This document shows positions 59,049 to 64,000 of a DNA stretch of 64,000 nt, piece by piece; within the stretch, counting starts at the first letter, position 1, and each line of letters begins with the position of its first letter. The stretch comes from Spirochaetaceae bacterium (GTDB taxonomy: Bacteria; Spirochaetota; Spirochaetia; CADAEX01): assembly GCA_009780675.1 (NCBI GenBank), contig WQZP01000009.1, forward strand, positions 8,564 through 72,563, read 5' to 3'. Under the pieces are notes generated by a model that saw only the letters and a program-made list of their open reading frames with translations, ran no database searches and had not been told where the DNA came from. The translations under genes and the position numbers were made by a program.

Positions 59049-61852
59049 TGTGTATCAATAAATTTATTTATATCAGTTGTTATTTCATCAAAATCACTGT
59101 GCAGTAACTGCTCATCGATTTTGCCCAACAGATCTTTTGCCTGTTGCGACCATGATGCTTTTTTAAGCTCTGCTAACGTGGCCTCAACAGCGTCTGCATC
59201 ATATTCCTCACAAGCTGCTTTTATCTTCAACAACATATCTGTTAAATATTGCCTATCGTCAACTGCTGTATCTTCAGCTCCAGGTTTTTCTTTTGGCATA
59301 AGCTCTTCTACAAAAGTTTTTAACAAGCTTAAAAAAGCAGGTGTTTCGCTTGCAAGCTCCTTGATATTGTTATCCCGCCCGCACATCTCCAGCTTTAGCG
59401 CAATAGCAGAAAGGTCTGCTCTCCCTATATTTGCCAGCGCGCTTTTCATTCCATGCGTATGGATAACATAAGTCCTTATTTCATCTTCATTGTAAGACCC
59501 GCCTTTTTCAACAAATGCGTCCAATACAGCGATAGCCCGATTAGCATCCCGTAAAAAAACCTCAGAGAATTGTTGCTTGATTTCTGCTTCCTTCGCAGCA
59601 TCAGGTAGCGAAAACCTCTTGCCTTCTGCTTGCGCTCTGGCTTGCTCAATGACCTCCGGAGGCTGCTTATCACGGATCCACTTATTCAGAATAGTGTTCA
59701 AATGGCGAACGTCAATAGGTTTTGAAATAAAGTCATCAAAACCATTTTTGAGAAAAATTTCCGCCTGCCCGGATACAGCATTCGCAGAGAGAGCGACAAT
59801 AGGTTGGCCATACCCCATCTTCCGCAGAGTCTTAGTTGCTTCAATACCATCCATTATTGGCATCATGTGATCCATGAATACGAGGTCATACATCTTTCCA
59901 TTTTTGATTTTCTCAATCGCGCTAAAACCGCTCTCTGCTGTCTCGATCCCGAGACCATATGGATTCATGAGCCCCTTGGCAACATAAAGATTTGTCTCTA
60001 CATCATCCACAATAAGCACGCTGCCATACGGCATAGGATCATAAGTAACTTGCGCGCGCCTCAAGTGTGCAAGGCCGCTTGTGCGGAACTTGCTCAGATT
60101 ATCAACCAGTTCTTTTCCCAGCACCTCAGTGCCCACTATACGTTGCGGCAGACGTATGGTAAAAACAGAACCTTCGCCATATACAGACTCGATGGTGATA
60201 TCACCATTCATCATGTTTATCAGATTCTGCGTAATACTCATACCCAGACCAGTGCCTTCGGTTGTTCGGTTTGCTTCTGCATTGAACCGGGCATAAGCTT
60301 CAAACAACCTGCCTATCTGTTCTTTCGTCATACCCTGCCCTGTGTCTCTGATAATAACAACCAACATCACCTCATCGGTTTTACCATCAATCGCTTCCCA
60401 TGAGACAGTCATTTTCACTGACCCTCTGATAGTATACTTGAATGCATTGGACAATAAGTTATTCAATATTTGCTTGATACGAAGTTCATCACCAAAAAGC
60501 TGCGTAGGAGTATTTTCATCCACACTGAGATCAAATTCGATTGTTTTGCTGCCTATTCGCATAATATTCAGTTGTACGGTATCTCCGATAAGGCTGGCAA
60601 CTTCGTAAGTATGTGGCAGCAATTCAAGTTTTCCGGATTCTATTTTTGAAAAATCAAGGATATCGTTTATTATACTGAGCAGCATATCGCCAGAAGCAAA
60701 AACCTTTTCGAGCCCCTCCCTTACGCTTTCTTCGAGCGAGTCTTTATGCAACTGAATTTCTGTAATTCCCAGGATAGCGTTAAGGGGCGTGCGTATTTCA
60801 TGGCTCATTGTTCTGAGGAACGCGCTCTTTGCATTATTGGCAGCATCTGCTTCTTCCATTGATAATCTCATGGGTATAAGCAGCCTGGAAATAAATATAT
60901 TGAAGATAACCAAAACAAGTGCGATCACAATAAGCGTCAGAATAAAAAAGACCGTCATTGCGCTGTTATAATCAAATATACTATAGAAAAATACCGTTAT
61001 TGAGTACCATTCCAAAAGCGGAATACTGCTAAGCGCGATTTTTCCGGTAGAAAAGTCCAAAGCCCGCGTTTCAGCTGGTTTAAGGGTTTCCGCAATAGCG
61101 ATAAAGTCGATGTCAACATCAGCCAGTTGCTCTTTAATACTCTGCTTCGCAGCCACCAACGCTACGTCCCTCGCCCCAGTGATCTCTCCCATGGAATTGA
61201 AGAAATAAATATCCGCGCCTCCGAGGGAACCTACATAAACCATTTCAAGAAATGTCGTGAGGTCTATCCCTGTCCCTATCATGCCTATTGGTTTACCGAT
61301 GTCATTAAAAACCGGTGCGTTAATCCAGAGATTTGTTACATTGAGATCAGGATTATAATTGATATTGAAGTTATAAACTTCTGTTTCATGAAGGGTCATA
61401 TAATACCAGTAGTTTTCCGGGAGTCTGGAGTCCATAAAAAAGGGGGCATCATCATTGAAATAAAAAAGCCTGTCCACGTCATTTATCCAGAAAATAGAAT
61501 TCGCTACAAAAGCATAGCGGTATGCAGCTAATTCTTTAAAAGCAATTCTTTTTAGTTCAAGACTGTCCGGATCTGCAAAGTAGCTTTTAATAAGCGGGGA
61601 CTCTGCAATCATTAACACAAGGGATATTTCGTTTTCTACAGATGTTTCCAGTCTGAGTCGCTTGATTTCCAATAGCTGAGAGAGCTCGCTGCTTTTATTG
61701 GTCCTGATTATCTGTCTCATGGAAAGCATAAAAGTTATGCTCCCCATCACAAGGATAACAAAAAACAATACAGCGGAAAACAGAATAAACCTGCTCATTA
61801 ACGGTGGTTGTTTCTTTTGCGGATTCTGAATTACACTTCTAGCGCTCAGCAT
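59045..61852 (-). CDS. Membrane hybrid histidine kinase (Cache-like sensor-HisKA-HATPase-REC-Hpt)
   Basis: Two TM helices, SHEIRTPLNA, NNLLSNAFKYT, GTGLGM, FMDHMMP, Hpt HTHGMKSAL; ATG 61852 has a GGGAG RBS (track start 61873). Confidence 0.92.
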   Translation of the reverse strand: MLSARSVIQNPQKKQPPLMSRFILFSAVLFFVILVMGSITFMLSMRQIIRTNKSSELSQLLEIKRLRLETSVENEISLVLMIAESPLIKSYFADPDSLELKRIAFKELAAYRYAFVANSIFWINDVDRLFYFNDDAPFFMDSRLPENYWYYMTLHETEVYNFNINYNPDLNVTNLWINAPVFNDIGKPIGMIGTGIDLTTFLEMVYVGSLGGADIYFFNSMGEITGARDVALVAAKQSIKEQLADVDIDFIAIAETLKPAETRALDFSTGKIALSSIPLLEWYSITVFFYSIFDYNSAMTVFFILTLIVIALVLVIFNIFISRLLIPMRLSMEEADAANNAKSAFLRTMSHEIRTPLNAILGITEIQLHKDSLEESVREGLEKVFASGDMLLSIINDILDFSKIESGKLELLPHTYEVASLIGDTVQLNIMRIGSKTIEFDLSVDENTPTQLFGDELRIKQILNNLLSNAFKYTIRGSVKMTVSWEAIDGKTDEVMLVVIIRDTGQGMTKEQIGRLFEAYARFNAEANRTTEGTGLGMSITQNLINMMNGDITIESVYGEGSVFTIRLPQRIVGTEVLGKELVDNLSKFRTSGLAHLRRAQVTYDPMPYGSVLIVDDVETNLYVAKGLMNPYGLGIETAESGFSAIEKIKNGKMYDLVFMDHMMPIMDGIEATKTLRKMGYGQPIVALSANAVSGQAEIFLKNGFDDFISKPIDVRHLNTILNKWIRDKQPPEVIEQARAQAEGKRFSLPDAAKEAEIKQQFSEVFLRDANRAIAVLDAFVEKGGSYNEDEIRTYVIHTHGMKSALANIGRADLSAIALKLEMCGRDNNIKELASETPAFLSLLKTFVEELMPKEKPGAEDTAVDDRQYLTDMLLKIKAACEEYDADAVEATLAELKKASWSQQAKDLLGKIDEQLLHSDFDEITTDINKFIDTQ

Positions 61853-62140
61853 ACAGGCACTCCCTTCCGGCAATTAACTCATTTCATAGTTTTTCAACAT
61901 TAGTGTGATCTTGGGGATAAGTGGAGTACTTCTGCATTTACATGCAACTATGAAGTAACCGCTGTTTTAGATTATACAATGTTTCCTGGATGATAACAAG
62001 CTAAATTTGTATATATTTGGAACCTTGCTGATGAATTTTATAATGCTTACCTTCCTTGCGCTAACTTTTAATGCTTGCTAATAAAATAATGCTAATGATA
62101 TGATGTAAGATGAGTAGATAATATAAATAGGTAATTTTAC

Positions 62141-64000
62141 ATGAAAAATATACGCTTCGCAACTTTGACAAAAATAATTGTGCCTCTTTTTTTGTTTTGC
62201 GCAGCCATGATTTTTATAAGTTTTGTCCTTTATAATTCAGCGCTTCAAGAAAAAAATAAAATTCTGATTGATGCTATAGAGTACTACGACAAAATGCAAG
62301 CAGGACACATGGCAACTGCATCAGCTGATATACAAGCCAAAGCCGATGCAATTTTTGTTTTTCTTATGCTGGTCATTGGTATCAGCGTAGCAATTGCGTT
62401 GTCTGCTTTATTTTTAATTACATATAAATTAGCTCCGCTGCGAAATGTTATAAACATGGCCACTGAATTATCAAAGGAAAATACAGAAGAAAACAATTTG
62501 AAAAAGAAAATTCCTAATGATGAATTGGGTGATCTTACTAAAGAACTCGCACATAAAATAAAAAGCGTTAATATGAATTTTAAACTGCTGGAAAACGCTC
62601 TTGAAAAAGCGAACGTTGCGAACAAAGCAAAAAGCAATTTTTTGGCAACCATGAGCCATGAAATGCGGACGCCCATGAACGCAATAATAGGTATGACAGC
62701 CATAGGAAAAAAAGCAGAAAACATTGAGAATAAAAATTATGCCTTAGATAAAATTGAAGCTGCCTCTTCCCATCTGCTCGGTGTAATAAGCGATGTACTT
62801 GACATGGCAAAAATAGAAGCAAACAAACTGGAGCTTACAACTGTAGAGTTTAATGTTGACAGAATGTTGCATAAAATAATAAATGTCGTTAGTTTTCGGG
62901 TGGAGGAAAAACAACAGACATTCACTGTAAACGTAGACAAAAAAATCCCATGCTTTATTATAGGGGACGACCAACGCTTGACGCAAGTAATAACAAACTT
63001 GATATCCAATGCAATAAAATTCACCCCTGAAGGCGGCAAAATCTGCCTTGAGATGTTTTTAGTTGAAGAGGTTGACAAGAACTGCGAACTGCGTATCGAA
63101 ATAACCGACAATGGTATTGGGATATCCCAAAAACAGCAGGAGAAATTATTTCAAGCTTTTGAACAAGCGGAAAGCGGAACAAGTCGCGAATATGGCGGCA
63201 CTGGCTTAGGTCTTGTTATTTCCAAGAATATTATTGCGCTTATGAACGGCAGGATTTGGGTTGAATCAGAACTTGATAAAGGAGCAAAATTTATTTTCAC
63301 CGTAAAAGTGCAACGCGGCGAAAAAAATTCCAATTCACTGCTTGCCCCAGGCGTAAATTGGGAAACCATCCGGATTTTGGTTGTGGACGATGCTGTTGAA
63401 ACACTTACTCAATTTAGAAATATATTCGATCCAATGAATATAATATGTGATATTGCTACTGACGGCTTTGAAGCGTGTCGCATTATCGAAGAGCGCGGTA
63501 AATACGACATATATTTTATTGATTGGCGCATGCCTGGCATGGATGGAGTTGAATTAACCAGTCGAATCAAAACCTACAAGGAAGGGAGACCGTCTGTGGT
63601 GGTAATGATTACAGCAGCAGACTGGGACGACGTCAAAAATAACGCAGCTAACGCAGGCGTAGATAAGCACTTATTAAAACCACTTTTTACATCTGTGATT
63701 ATTGATTGCGTAAATGAATGTCTCGGAACAACCCGCAATCAATATGATGACGCAGTGCATATAAAAGGCGACTTTGCAGGTAAAAGGATGCTATATGCAG
63801 AAGATGTTGAAATAAATCGCGAAATACTTATAGCGCTTTTGGAAGGCTCTGAGTTGATAATCGACTGTGCTGAAAATGGCAAAGAAGCGCTGGATATGCT
63901 GGAGGCAGCTCCAAACAAGTACGACATAGTGTTCATGGATGTGCAAATGCCAAAAATGGACGGGCTTGAAGCAACGCAGCGTATTCGCAAATTACCAGTT
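62141..64000 (+). CDS. Hybrid histidine kinase, truncated by the window end (2 TM-HAMP-HisKA-HATPase-REC-REC)
   Basis: Not in the ORF track. Manual translation from ATG 62141 gives MKNIRFATL...SHEMRTPMNAIIG...GTGLGL...LVVDDA...FIDWRMP...YAEDVEIN...FMDVQMP, open to 64000. Confidence 0.9.
   Translation, partial: MKNIRFATLTKIIVPLFLFCAAMIFISFVLYNSALQEKNKILIDAIEYYDKMQAGHMATASADIQAKADAIFVFLMLVIGISVAIALSALFLITYKLAPLRNVINMATELSKENTEENNLKKKIPNDELGDLTKELAHKIKSVNMNFKLLENALEKANVANKAKSNFLATMSHEMRTPMNAIIGMTAIGKKAENIENKNYALDKIEAASSHLLGVISDVLDMAKIEANKLELTTVEFNVDRMLHKIINVVSFRVEEKQQTFTVNVDKKIPCFIIGDDQRLTQVITNLISNAIKFTPEGGKICLEMFLVEEVDKNCELRIEITDNGIGISQKQQEKLFQAFEQAESGTSREYGGTGLGLVISKNIIALMNGRIWVESELDKGAKFIFTVKVQRGEKNSNSLLAPGVNWETIRILVVDDAVETLTQFRNIFDPMNIICDIATDGFEACRIIEERGKYDIYFIDWRMPGMDGVELTSRIKTYKEGRPSVVVMITAADWDDVKNNAANAGVDKHLLKPLFTSVIIDCVNECLGTTRNQYDDAVHIKGDFAGKRMLYAEDVEINREILIALLEGSELIIDCAENGKEALDMLEAAPNKYDIVFMDVQMPKMDGLEATQRIRKLPV

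Noticed and set aside
61874-62140. Possible c-di-GMP riboswitch or sRNA between the divergent kinases
   Set aside because: No recognisable conserved motif or stable structure by eye.

Overview
Chromosomal window from a spirochaete. This is inferred from a FlcA-like flagellar collar gene next to a CBM48 gene, a FapA/DUF342 gene, a stand-alone EF-G2-like fusA paralog, Treponema-style MCPs and FGE-fold lipoproteins. An AT-rich core (MoxR/DUF58, phosphohexomutase, trpS, hisC, ilvE, galE, fusA paralog, tRNA-Pro) is interleaved with visibly GC-richer genes (ppc, fapA, an orphan Opp ATPase, a hybrid-kinase phosphorelay cluster). I found no CRISPR array, transposase, integrase, reverse transcriptase or rRNA. 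The strongest leads are: (1) a catalytically degenerate M20-peptidase-fold gene overlapping glucosyl-3-phosphoglycerate synthase, with MggS-like, phosphomannomutase and GDP-mannose genes elsewhere in the window; (2) one extracellular sensor module wired to both a chemoreceptor and a hybrid histidine kinase; (3) a GC-rich PEP carboxylase beside a gamma-carbonic anhydrase; (4) galE apparently starting at ATT; (5) a perfect 19-bp inverted repeat over the RBS of an AAA+/DUF4143 gene; (6) a dispersed REP-like palindrome; (7) a sigma54 promoter on hsp20. All family assignments are from motif recognition by eye; no database searches were run.
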